DNA of 64,000 bases from Succinivibrionaceae bacterium UBA3769. GTDB lineage: Bacteria; Pseudomonadota; Gammaproteobacteria; Enterobacterales; Succinivibrionaceae. Below the pieces are notes generated by a model. It was not told the origin of the DNA. It saw only the letters and a list, made by a program, of their open reading frames with translations, and made no database searches. Position 1 is the first letter of the stretch, and every line of letters begins with the position of its first letter. The DNA is taken from contig DFFT01000009.1 of assembly GCA_002372325.1 (NCBI GenBank), positions 2,334 to 66,333 on the forward strand. Direction: 5' to 3'. Position numbers and translations under genes: made by a program. Shown here in pieces: positions 55,520-64,000 of the stretch.

Positions 55520-57157
55520 ATGGACGAAAATACTGCAAACAGACATGTGGTTCGCCACACTGACGTACTTATTATTGGCAGCGGCGCCGCCGGTCTTTCT
55601 CTGGCGCTCTGTCTGGCCAAAAAGGCCGGCGTTACGGTTCTTTCCAAAGCCACCGCCAATGCCGGTTCGACCAATTATGCTCAGGGCGGCATAGCGGGAG
55701 TTTACAATACCTGCGATGATGACGATTCGGTGGAGGAACATATCGAGGATACCATGATAGCCGGAGGCGGGATCTGCGATCGCAGCGCCGTGGAGTTCAC
55801 CCTCAGAAACGCCCATGACAGCATTGAATGGCTCATCAAAGAAGGCGTGCCCTTTGATGAAAAGGAAGAACCCAAAACCGAGGAACAGTCTCCCTACCAC
55901 CTGCACCGTGAAGGCGGACACTCCCACCGGAGGATTTTCCATGCGCAGGATCATACCGGACATACCATTCAGGACACCCTGCTAAATCAGGCTTCCCAGA
56001 ATCCGAACATTACCCTGCTGGATCATTACAACGCCATCGACCTCATCACCACCAAGAAGCTGGGACTGGCCGGAAACCGGGTGCTGGGAGCTTATGTATT
56101 CAACATCAAAACCAACCAGGTGGAAACCATTCTGGCCAAGTTTGTCGCTCTCTGCACCGGCGGCGCTTCCAAGGTTTATCAGTACACCTGCAATCCCGAG
56201 GTTTCTTCCGGAGACGGCATCGCCATTGCCTGGCGGGCCGGCTGCCGGGTGGCCAATATGGAATTCAACCAGTTCCACCCCACCACTCTTTACAATCCCA
56301 ATGATCGGAACTTCCTGCTCACCGAAGCCCTCCGGGGAGAGGGAGCTCTTCTGAAGAGACCTGACGGCACCCGCTTTATGCCGGACTATGATGAAAGAGG
56401 CGAACTTGCGCCCCGGGATATTGTGGCCCGAGCCATTGACCATGAAATGAAAAAGCTGGGGGCGGACTGCATGTTCCTGGATATCAGCCACAAACCGGCA
56501 GATTTCATCATGAAGCATTTCCCCACCATCTACGAGCGCTGTCTCAAGGCCGGGGTTGACATGACGAAGGAACCGATTCCGGTAGTTCCCGCTGCCCACT
56601 TTACCTGCGGCGGCGTCATGGTGGACAGACGCGGCAGAACGGACATTGAATGCCTCTATGCCGTTGGCGAGGTATCCTATACCGGACTTCACGGCGCCAA
56701 CCGTCTGGCTTCAAACTCTCTTCTGGAATGCGTGGTATACGGGAGAGCCGCCGCCGAGGATATTCTGGCCCGGCTTCCTATTGCCATTGAGCCTCCGGAG
56801 GTGCCCGACTGGGATGAAAGCCAGGTAACCGATGCCGATGAGGAGGTGGTTATTCACCATAACTGGCATGAGCTCCGGCTCATGATGTGGGACTATGTGG
56901 GCATTGTGCGCACCGATAAAAGACTGGAAAGAGCTTTGCACAGAATTAAGCTTCTGGAAAGCGAGGTCAATGAGTTCTACTCCAATTTCCGGGTAACCAG
57001 CAACCTTCTGGAGCTTAGAAATCTGCTTCAGGTGGCTGACCTCATTGTCCGTTCCGCCATGAAGCGGAAGAACTCCGTGGGGCTCCACTACAACGTGGAT
57101 CATCCCGAGGCGCCCAAGGACTGCAGACCCACAATTCTCAGCCCATATGAGATGTAA
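55520..57157 (+). CDS. nadB: L-aspartate oxidase
   Basis: [42 protein letters not shown]. Confidence 0.97.
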   Translation: MDENTANRHVVRHTDVLIIGSGAAGLSLALCLAKKAGVTVLSKATANAGSTNYAQGGIAGVYNTCDDDDSVEEHIEDTMIAGGGICDRSAVEFTLRNAHDSIEWLIKEGVPFDEKEEPKTEEQSPYHLHREGGHSHRRIFHAQDHTGHTIQDTLLNQASQNPNITLLDHYNAIDLITTKKLGLAGNRVLGAYVFNIKTNQVETILAKFVALCTGGASKVYQYTCNPEVSSGDGIAIAWRAGCRVANMEFNQFHPTTLYNPNDRNFLLTEALRGEGALLKRPDGTRFMPDYDERGELAPRDIVARAIDHEMKKLGADCMFLDISHKPADFIMKHFPTIYERCLKAGVDMTKEPIPVVPAAHFTCGGVMVDRRGRTDIECLYAVGEVSYTGLHGANRLASNSLLECVVYGRAAAEDILARLPIAIEPPEVPDWDESQVTDADEEVVIHHNWHELRLMMWDYVGIVRTDKRLERALHRIKLLESEVNEFYSNFRVTSNLLELRNLLQVADLIVRSAMKRKNSVGLHYNVDHPEAPKDCRPTILSPYEM

Positions 57158-57178
57158 TCCCCGGCCGGAATAACCCGG

Positions 57179-57215
57179 AAAACGGCGTCTTTCCGCAGGA
57201 AGGATGCCGTTCTTT
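57179..57215 (+). terminator. Intrinsic terminator after nadB
   Basis: AACGGCGTCTTTCC-GCA-GGAAGGATGCCGTT followed by CTTT. Confidence 0.7.
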
Positions 57216-57255
57216 ATGCCGGAAGGAACCACTGTCGCTATTTCCCGGCTTTGCT

Positions 57256-57323
57256 TGTTGATAACTCTGTTGATATCTCTGGGTATTACTTGTGCATAAA
57301 ATTGCTGACAAATCTGTGCAGCA
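57256..57323 (-). repeat. Phased array of six DnaA-box-like 9-mers (intergenic)
   Basis: TGTTGATAA 57256, TGTTGATAT 57268, TGGGTATTA 57280, TGTGCATAA 57291, TGCTGACAA 57303, TGTGCAGCA 57315; 11-12 bp period. Confidence 0.6.
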
Positions 57324-57393
57324 CTGGATGTCTTATGCAGCCTATAAAGAAAAAGCTCTCGAATGGAGATTGATAAAAAGCTTATGAATATTC

Positions 57394-57837
57394 ATGACTA
57401 TCTGGTTTATTCCGCTCACCCCGGAGGAAAGCGGCTTCTATTATGTTGCGGTTAATCATGTGCCGTTTTCCGAAGAAATACTCGTTTGCCAGGAATGGAA
57501 CACCCAGGGGGAAGATCAGGAGGATGCTGTGGATATGGCAAAGGATTTGATTATCACCCTTGCCGAATGCTTTATTGAGGAAAAAGCGGTGTTTCCGGCC
57601 GCCGTTCCTCTTAAGCAGGGACAGTTTGAGGTTAAGCTCCCGTATCACGTGGCATTAAAAATCATGCTCAGAAACCTCATGATAACTGAACAGTGCCGCA
57701 TTACGGATCTTGCTCTGTACTCCGGGGTCTCAAAACAAAAAGTAAGAAAACAGCTTGATTTGCGAAGGAAAACCCATATAGATACTCTGGCGCAGTTCTT
57801 TAAGGCTCTGGGACATCCTTTAAAAATCGAGTGCTGA
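57394..57837 (+). CDS. hicB: HicB-family antitoxin with C-terminal HTH (no adjacent hicA)
   Basis: TQGEDQEDAVDMAKD, KIMLRNLM, LDLRRKTHIDTL..ALG, resembling E. coli-type HicB. Confidence 0.75.
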   Translation: MTIWFIPLTPEESGFYYVAVNHVPFSEEILVCQEWNTQGEDQEDAVDMAKDLIITLAECFIEEKAVFPAAVPLKQGQFEVKLPYHVALKIMLRNLMITEQCRITDLALYSGVSKQKVRKQLDLRRKTHIDTLAQFFKALGHPLKIEC

Positions 57838-57858
57838 TTATAGCTGCGCATTCCCGAA

Positions 57859-58812
57859 CTATGCCAAACTCCCCAGAAGCTCGCTGAATACCGGATAGCG
57901 GATTCCGGTATCGCTTACCCGGATCTCCGCCGGGGTGGCGTAGATACCCTCCAAAATCCCGGCGGTAAGCTCCCGGGCCGGAAACTCCCGAAATTCGCCG
58001 TTCCTTAAAAAGGCCCCGATAAACCCCGGATAATCCCCAAGGTTAAGAGCAAACAGGGGATCGTGGGTTACAAACACTATGCCCGGCAAGGATTCCTTTC
58101 CCTTATCAGCATTCTTATCAACAATATTATTCACAGGTTTTACGGTATTATCAACAGAATTCTCCCCGTCATCATCAACATATTCACAAATTTGTCCACA
58201 ACCACGGTCAGTCCTCATCAGCCCTCTGATAAGCCGGTAAAACTCTGCCTTTTTGCTGACATCAAGATTGGCCTCCGGTTCATCAAGTACCAGAAACCGG
58301 CCGCCCTGCATCAGAGCCCGGGCCAGGGAAACCAAAGCCAGCTCCCCGCCGGATATTCTGTCGGTATAGGAATCCCGGAGATGCCAGATGCCCAGCCTTT
58401 TTAAAATACTGTCAACATCATTTTCAGCGCAGGCATCGCCGGAGGATCCTCCGGCAGCCCTCGCATTACTCCTCTCGGAATGTCCTCGTCTCCCAAAAAC
58501 CCCCCGGGCGCGTCCCAGAATGACGGTTTCCCGCACGGTTAACGGAAACCCCGTCTGAAAGCTCTGGGGCACATAGGAAAAGAGTCCGACCAGTCCCGCC
58601 TTCCTTCTTTTCAGGAGCGCTTCAGAAAGCGGCGCTCCGTCCAGCATGACGGAGCCGGAACGGGCCGGAATAAGCCCGGCGAGGGTCTTCAGGAAGAGAG
58701 ATTTTCCGGAGCCGTTCCGGCCCAGAATAATAAGAAACTCCCCTTCGGAAATCCCGCCCCGGATGCGGACTCCGTTAATGAGCTCGAGAGCATTAAATTC
58801 CAGTCTGGACAT
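57859..58812 (-). CDS. ABC transporter ATPase (iron-chelate/cobalamin type) with two insertions
   Basis: GRNGSGKS, YVPQ, ISGGE, LVLDEP, VTHD. Confidence 0.88.
   Translation of the reverse strand: MSRLEFNALELINGVRIRGGISEGEFLIILGRNGSGKSLFLKTLAGLIPARSGSVMLDGAPLSEALLKRRKAGLVGLFSYVPQSFQTGFPLTVRETVILGRARGVFGRRGHSERSNARAAGGSSGDACAENDVDSILKRLGIWHLRDSYTDRISGGELALVSLARALMQGGRFLVLDEPEANLDVSKKAEFYRLIRGLMRTDRGCGQICEYVDDDGENSVDNTVKPVNNIVDKNADKGKESLPGIVFVTHDPLFALNLGDYPGFIGAFLRNGEFREFPARELTAGILEGIYATPAEIRVSDTGIRYPVFSELLGSLA
58103..58200 (+). repeat. Array of seven DnaA-box-like 9-mers inside the ABC ATPase coding sequence
   Basis: TTATCAGCA 58103, TTATCAACA 58115, TTATTCACA 58127, TTATCAACA 58148, TCATCAACA 58172, ATATTCACA 58180, TTGTCCACA 58192. 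Confidence 0.65.
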
Positions 58813-59830
58813 ACTTCCTCCGGGTGAGATACAAAAGTCCCAGAAAAACGGGAGCCCCGATGATGCTGGTCATAATGCCGATGGGGATTTCGTGCGGAAT
58901 GAGAGCGCGGGACAGGAGATCGCAGAGCATCAGAAAAGCAGCTCCGGTAACAAAGGAACAGGGGAGCAGAAATACATGACTCCTTCCGAAAGCAAAACGC
59001 AATATGCCGGGGACAATAAGAGACACCCAGGCAATGATCCCGCCCACCGCCACCGTAGCCGAGGAAGCCATGGTAGCCAGAAAAAGAATTATGAATATCA
59101 GGGGCTTTACCCGCACTCCCTGAGTTTCCAGCACCTCATGAGGAAGGGACAGCACATCCAGGGAACGGGCCAGAAACCACAGGATAAGCGACGGAATAAG
59201 ACCAAACGCCAAAAGAAGCAGAATATCCTCCCGGCTCGCCCCGCTTAGGGCTCCCATCATGTAGTAGGAGGCCCCGAAGATGGAGCTTTCATTAGGGAGA
59301 AAGTATCTTAAAAAATTAAGCCCGGCCGAAAACAGCGCCGATGTCACCACCCCCACCAGGATGAGCAGCACTACGGAAAACCCCCCTCTTCTGGTCATCA
59401 GAAACGCCACGAACAGCACCAGCAGCATAGCCAGCATGCCGGTTACGAATGAAATCACCGGCAGAAGCCAGAAGCCCGCTCCGAAGATCAGTCCCAGCAT
59501 GATCCCAATTACCGAACCAGCCGAGGAGCCCAGAAGATCCGGAGATACCAGAGGATTCTGAAACACCCCCTGATAGGCGGCTCCGGCCACTGCCAGAATC
59601 CCGCCGGAAAGAAAAGCCGCCAAAACCCGCGGTAAGCGGATATTCCAGAGGATCGTCTCCTGAGCTTCCGTGAGATCCCAGGGGAGAAGGAATCCCGCGC
59701 TCCCGAGAGAAAGGGACAGCATGAAGAGACCGCAAAGTCCGATAAGGGCCAAAAGCCAGAAACCGGAAATAACGCCGCCCCTGCTCCCGGGCATTTGCCC
59801 TTCCCCGTCCCGCCTGTTATCATCTCTCAT
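58793..59830 (-). CDS. FecCD/BtuC-family ABC permease
   Basis: IRLPRV, QGVFQNPLVSPDLLG, EIPIGIMTSIIGAPVF. Confidence 0.92.
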   Translation of the reverse strand: MRDDNRRDGEGQMPGSRGGVISGFWLLALIGLCGLFMLSLSLGSAGFLLPWDLTEAQETILWNIRLPRVLAAFLSGGILAVAGAAYQGVFQNPLVSPDLLGSSAGSVIGIMLGLIFGAGFWLLPVISFVTGMLAMLLVLFVAFLMTRRGGFSVVLLILVGVVTSALFSAGLNFLRYFLPNESSIFGASYYMMGALSGASREDILLLLAFGLIPSLILWFLARSLDVLSLPHEVLETQGVRVKPLIFIILFLATMASSATVAVGGIIAWVSLIVPGILRFAFGRSHVFLLPCSFVTGAAFLMLCDLLSRALIPHEIPIGIMTSIIGAPVFLGLLYLTRRKYVQTGI

Positions 59831-59912
59831 GTTGCCACGGCTTCCTCTAAATATATCCCTTCAGAAATTCCCCGCTTCAGGAATTCCCCGGTTTCCTAAT
59901 CCTTCGCAGCTC

Positions 59913-59951
59913 AAAAACAAAAAGGGGAAAGACCCCGAGTCCTCCCCTTTT
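59913..59951 (-). terminator. Intrinsic terminator after pilU
   Basis: Minus strand AAAAGGGGAGGAC-TCGGG-GTCTTTCCCCTTTTTGTTTTT. Confidence 0.75.
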
Positions 59952-60006
59952 ATAACCTGTCCGTATGCGAATGCCAGGATATCAGTTCCGCAAAACCTTC
60001 CCGCTG

Positions 60007-61128
60007 CTATTCGAATACCACATTCGACATCACATCGGATTCCTTGACGCCGCCGGCCAGCTTGATCATGAGGCGTACCTCGTTCTCAGAGTCAGCGTAG
60101 TGGAGAGCATCGCTGTAGCTGATGATACCCTGCTGATAGAGATGGTAGAGACTCTGGTCGAAGGTGGTCATACCGGCTTCCGGAGACTTCTGCATGATTT
60201 CCTTCAGCTTGAAGAGCTCATTCTTCTGGAGACAGTCTGCCACCGTCGGCGTGTTCACCAGAATATCGAATGCCGCGCGGCGTCCGCCGGTGGTAGTTTC
60301 AATAAGCTGCTGCGCGATAATGGCTCTCATGTTCACCGAAAGGTCAAACAGCATCTGTCTCTGAGCGCTCTCCGGCACCAAATGGAGGATACGGTCAATC
60401 GCCTGGTTAGCGTTGTTGGCGTGGAGGGTTGCCAGCACCAGGTGACCGGTTTCAGCGAATGACAGGGCAAACTCCATGGTTTCCCGGGAACGGATTTCGC
60501 CGATAAGAATAACGTCCGGAGCCTGACGGAGAGCTGATTTCAGCGCCGAGTCAAAGCTTATGGTATCAGTGCCTACCTCACGCTGAGTAATAAGCGATCT
60601 CTTGTGGTGATGCACATATTCGATAGGGTCTTCAATGGTGAGGATATGACCGTCGGAATTCATGTTGCGATAACCGATCATGGCTGCCTGAGTGGTGGAC
60701 TTACCGGCGCCGGTAGCGCCCACGAACAGGAGAAGTCCGCGGTCTTCCATTACCCACTTGGTAAAGGTGGGGGGCAGGTGCAGCTCCTCGGTGGTGGGAA
60801 TTCTCTCCACAATGCGGCGGAATACCACGCCCGGCATGGTCAGCTGCCAGAAGCAGCTTACACGGTAACGCCCCAGATCCGGCCGCTGAATAGCAAAGTT
60901 TGCTTCCCGCTGCTCGTTGAATTCCTTAAGCAAATCCGCGCGATCAGACATGGTTTCTCTGACAAATTCGGCAACCTGAGCCTGAGTGAGCTTGCCCTGC
61001 TCAATGGGAGTCAGGTGTCCGTCAAGCTTAACAGCCGGCTCCAGCCCCACAGTCAGAAAAAGGTCTGAAGCGTTGTTATCATTCATGAATCGCAGATAAC
61101 GGTCAATCTTCAATGTATCCTGAATCAT
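60007..61128 (-). CDS. pilU: Type IV pilus retraction ATPase PilU
   Basis: GATGAGKST, TIEDPIE, LRQAPD, TLHANNANQAIDRI. Confidence 0.95.
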   Translation of the reverse strand: MIQDTLKIDRYLRFMNDNNASDLFLTVGLEPAVKLDGHLTPIEQGKLTQAQVAEFVRETMSDRADLLKEFNEQREANFAIQRPDLGRYRVSCFWQLTMPGVVFRRIVERIPTTEELHLPPTFTKWVMEDRGLLLFVGATGAGKSTTQAAMIGYRNMNSDGHILTIEDPIEYVHHHKRSLITQREVGTDTISFDSALKSALRQAPDVILIGEIRSRETMEFALSFAETGHLVLATLHANNANQAIDRILHLVPESAQRQMLFDLSVNMRAIIAQQLIETTTGGRRAAFDILVNTPTVADCLQKNELFKLKEIMQKSPEAGMTTFDQSLYHLYQQGIISYSDALHYADSENEVRLMIKLAGGVKESDVMSNVVFE

Positions 61129-61141
61129 AAACCATTCCTCT

Positions 61142-62233
61142 TTAGAAACCGCCCATGGAGCTGGCTACGATGGCATTAGGATCGTGAGCCTTGCTGCGAG
61201 CCTCGGCGATGCTGATGATGCCGCGGGACACCAGCTTGCTTAAGGCGCTGTCCAGAGTGCTCATGCCATGGCTGGCTCCGGTCTGGATGATGGAGTACAT
61301 CTGAGCAACCTTGTCTTCGCGGATGAGGTTTCTGATGGCCGGAATGCCGATCATGATTTCGTGGGCCGCAACTCGGCCGCCGCCGTTCTTCTTAAGCAGG
61401 GTCTGAGAAATAACCGCATTCAGGGATTCTGACAGCATGGAACGCACCATGCCCTTTTCAGCGCCCGGGAACACGTCGATAATACGGTCGATGGTCTTGG
61501 CTGCAGAGCTGGTATGCAGAGTGCCGAACACCAGGTGGCCGGTTTCTGCGGCAGTCAGCGCCAGACGAACGGTCTCCAGGTCGCGGAGCTCGCCTACCAG
61601 AATGATGTCAGGGTCTTCACGGAGGGCAGAACGCAGAGCGTTGGAGAAGGACATGGTATCACGGTGCACTTCGCGCTGGTTAACCATGCAGAGCTTGTTG
61701 TGATGCACAAACTCGATAGGATCCTCAATGGTAATAATGTGGTCGTGCCGGGTGGAATTCACATAGTCCACCATGGCGGCCAGAGTGGTGGATTTGCCGG
61801 AGCCGGTAGGTCCGGTAACGAGAACCAGGCCGCGGGGCGCGGAGGCAATCTTTTCAAAAACCTTCGGACAATTGAGCTGCTCCAGAGTGATAACCTTGGA
61901 AGGAATGGTACGGAACACTACCGCCATGCCGCGATCCTGATTGAACACATTAACACGGAAACGGGCCAGATTCGGCACTTCAAAGGAGAAGTCGCACTCC
62001 AGGGTCTCTTCGAACTCCTTTCTCTGATGGTCATTCATAATATCGTACACAAGGTTATGAACCGTGGTCTTGTCCAAAGGTTCCATATCCCTGACTTCCA
62101 TGGTCAGCTTATCGGTAGTCTTAAGCTTGCGCATATCGCCATCGACGCGGATCATCGGGGGCACACCAGCTGAAAGGTGCAAGTCTGAAGCGTTGTTCTT
62201 TACACCGTAAAGTAGTAAATCTAGAATATCCAT
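61142..62233 (-). CDS. pilT: Type IV pilus retraction ATPase PilT
   Basis: ASDLHL, GPTGSGKSTT, LREDPD, AIRNLIRE; start moved to MDILDLL. Confidence 0.97.
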   Translation of the reverse strand: MDILDLLLYGVKNNASDLHLSAGVPPMIRVDGDMRKLKTTDKLTMEVRDMEPLDKTTVHNLVYDIMNDHQRKEFEETLECDFSFEVPNLARFRVNVFNQDRGMAVVFRTIPSKVITLEQLNCPKVFEKIASAPRGLVLVTGPTGSGKSTTLAAMVDYVNSTRHDHIITIEDPIEFVHHNKLCMVNQREVHRDTMSFSNALRSALREDPDIILVGELRDLETVRLALTAAETGHLVFGTLHTSSAAKTIDRIIDVFPGAEKGMVRSMLSESLNAVISQTLLKKNGGGRVAAHEIMIGIPAIRNLIREDKVAQMYSIIQTGASHGMSTLDSALSKLVSRGIISIAEARSKAHDPNAIVASSMGGF

Positions 62234-62290
62234 GGTTAATTCTCTGTCATCCAAAAAAGATAGTACGCCAAAATAACGGTACCGTTGCCT

Positions 62291-62995
62291 ATGCTAAAGA
62301 TACAAGAAAATCTTTCAAACGTAAAAGAAGAAATTATCAATTTTGCTATCTCTGTTAAACGCGACCCCGCAAAAATCGCCCTTTTGGCAGTAAGCAAAAC
62401 CAAACCTGCCAGCGCTGTGCTGGAAGCCTATCAGGCGGGGCAGCGGCTTTTCGGGGAATCCTACGCCCAGGAAGCCGCCGAGAAGATTCAGGAAATCCGG
62501 TCTCAGGGCATCCGGGACATTGAGTGGCATTTCATAGGTCCGGTGCAGGCTAATAAAACCCGGATCATTGCCGAGCACTTTGACGTGGTGGAAAGTCTGG
62601 ATCGATCCCGGATCGCCAGGAGGCTTAATGACCAGAGACCGTCCCTGATGCCGGATCTCCGGGTGCTTATTCAGGTGAACATCAGCCGGGAGCCCCAGAA
62701 GTCCGGCATAGCCTTTGAGGAACTGCCGGATCTTCTGGAGTATATTGACTCCTCATGCCCCAGGCTTCAGGTCACGGGACTCATGGGCATAGCCGAAAAC
62801 GTCCGGGACAAGAGCGAAATTCTGCCGCAGTTTCAGGCCCTTAAGGATGCCTTTGACGAGCTCTGCCGCAAGGGACGCCCGCTCACGGTGCTCTCCATGG
62901 GCATGAGCGATGACATGGCCGAAGCCATTTCCGCGGGAAGCACGGAGGTCAGAATCGGCACCGCGATTTTCGGAGCCAGACAGTATCACGTCTGA
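62291..62995 (+). CDS. yggS: PLP homeostasis protein YggS
   Basis: LLAVSKTKP, WHFIG, LSMGMSDD, VRIGTAIFGAR; divergent from pilT. Confidence 0.96.
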   Translation: MLKIQENLSNVKEEIINFAISVKRDPAKIALLAVSKTKPASAVLEAYQAGQRLFGESYAQEAAEKIQEIRSQGIRDIEWHFIGPVQANKTRIIAEHFDVVESLDRSRIARRLNDQRPSLMPDLRVLIQVNISREPQKSGIAFEELPDLLEYIDSSCPRLQVTGLMGIAENVRDKSEILPQFQALKDAFDELCRKGRPLTVLSMGMSDDMAEAISAGSTEVRIGTAIFGARQYHV

Positions 62996-63067
62996 CGTGT
63001 AATTTTTCTTGCTGTCCGGCCGGGAGAAGCCGGATCTCAGTTTATGTCATGCATTGAGGAAAATATA

Positions 63068-63895
63068 ATGAATAAAGATAAAAAAATCGCCTTCATCGGC
63101 GGCGGAAACATGGCCGGAAGCCTGATCCAGGGACTCTGCCAGAGCGGTTATCCCGCAAAGAACATCACTGTTTCGGATCCCGTTACGGAAAAGGTTAACG
63201 CCCTCAGGGACAAATTCGGCATCAATGGCGGCTCTGACAATGCCAGGGCCGCCCGGGATGCCGATGTCATCCTCTTTGCGGTTAAGCCCCAGATGATGGC
63301 CGAGGTTCTTTCCGGAATTGCCGCAGAAATTTCCGACTTCAAAGACAAGCTTCTGATTTCCATTATGGCCGGAGTAACCATTTCCCGCATCAGCGGCATT
63401 CTGCACGGCGCTCCGCGAATTGTCCGGGTAATGCCCAACACCCCTGCTCTTATCGGCATGGGCATGGCCGGGCTTTTTGCTTCAGAGGGAGCCCTGCCTG
63501 AGGATCGGGATTTTTCCAGGGACGTGCTGGCATCCGTAGGCAAAGCGGTATTTGTAAAAACCGAAGCCGGCATCGATGAGATCACCGCCCTTTCCGGCAG
63601 CGCCCCGGCATACTTTTTCTACTTCATGGAATGCATGGCGGAAAAGGCCAAAGCCTACGGATATTCCGAAGAGGATGCCCGCATTATTCTGGAACAGGTG
63701 GCTAAGGGTTCTGCCGAAATGGTCATCAGAAATCAGGATAAAACCCTGGCAGAGCTCCGGGCTGCGGTAACCTCCAAGGGCGGCACCACCTATGAAGCCA
63801 TTAAGGTCATGCAGGAAAGAAATCTTGCCGAAATTATCAGCGCTGCCCTGGATGCCTGCAAAAACCGGGCGGAGGAGATGGGAAAGCAGTTTTAG
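63068..63895 (+). CDS. proC: Pyrroline-5-carboxylate reductase
   Basis: IGGGNMA, AVKPQ, RVMPNTP, SGSAPAY, VTSKGGTT. Confidence 0.97.
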   Translation: MNKDKKIAFIGGGNMAGSLIQGLCQSGYPAKNITVSDPVTEKVNALRDKFGINGGSDNARAARDADVILFAVKPQMMAEVLSGIAAEISDFKDKLLISIMAGVTISRISGILHGAPRIVRVMPNTPALIGMGMAGLFASEGALPEDRDFSRDVLASVGKAVFVKTEAGIDEITALSGSAPAYFFYFMECMAEKAKAYGYSEEDARIILEQVAKGSAEMVIRNQDKTLAELRAAVTSKGGTTYEAIKVMQERNLAEIISAALDACKNRAEEMGKQF

Positions 63896-63949
63896 GCTGC
63901 CGTCTTCCGTAACATAAATAAGCAGTTTGGCGACAGAGCCGGTTAAAGC

Positions 63950-63982
63950 AGAGGTCTGAACACTTTCAGGCCTCTTTTTTTT
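63950..63982 (+). terminator. Intrinsic terminator after proC
   Basis: AGAGGTCTGAA-CAC-TTTCAGGCCTCT followed by a T-run. Confidence 0.8.
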
Positions 63983-64000
63983 CAGAAGCGATTTTTTTGG

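Noticed and set aside
59831-60006. Cobalamin riboswitch upstream of the BtuC/FecCD-like permease
   Set aside because: The short spacer is occupied by the pilU terminator; no B12-box or GGGAA...GCCACUG pattern.

Overview
A 64-kb chromosomal segment from a gammaproteobacterium with Vibrio/Aeromonas-like gene order; Succinivibrionaceae is a plausible source, but that is an inference. The core backbone is alaS'-recX-recA-pncC / mutS / nlpD-yqaA-surE-ispF-ispD-ftsB-eno ... pyrG ... relA ... rlmD / barA / recO-era-rnc-lepB-lepA-rseCBA-rpoE ... ribA-nadB ... pilU-pilT / yggS-proC, and it lacks rpoS, pcm, truD, mazG and pdxJ at their usual positions. Three accessory blocks interrupt it. (1) An 8.7-kb, 10-gene sulfur operon sits between pyrG and eno. 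It joins a family 2A encapsulin, its cysteine desulfurase cargo and a serine acetyltransferase to two apparent ubiquitin-like sulfur-carrier modules (ThiS + ThiF + JAB, and a Ubl-E1-rhodanese fusion + JAB), plus TusA and a MetY-like enzyme. This is the best candidate for an undescribed system. (2) A relA-rlmD hotspot carries an exported flavodoxin, luxS, a broken AAA ATPase joined to a nuclease remnant, a Fic gene, a SWIM-SNF2 fusion, a MITE-like element and an AT-rich ATPase + TOPRIM pair that may be a defence system. (3) An orphan hicB is flanked by two oppositely oriented, ~12-bp-phased arrays of DnaA-box-like 9-mers, one of them written into an insertion in an ABC ATPase coding sequence. 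No rRNA, tRNA or CRISPR array was seen. All calls come from reading motifs by eye; no database search was run.
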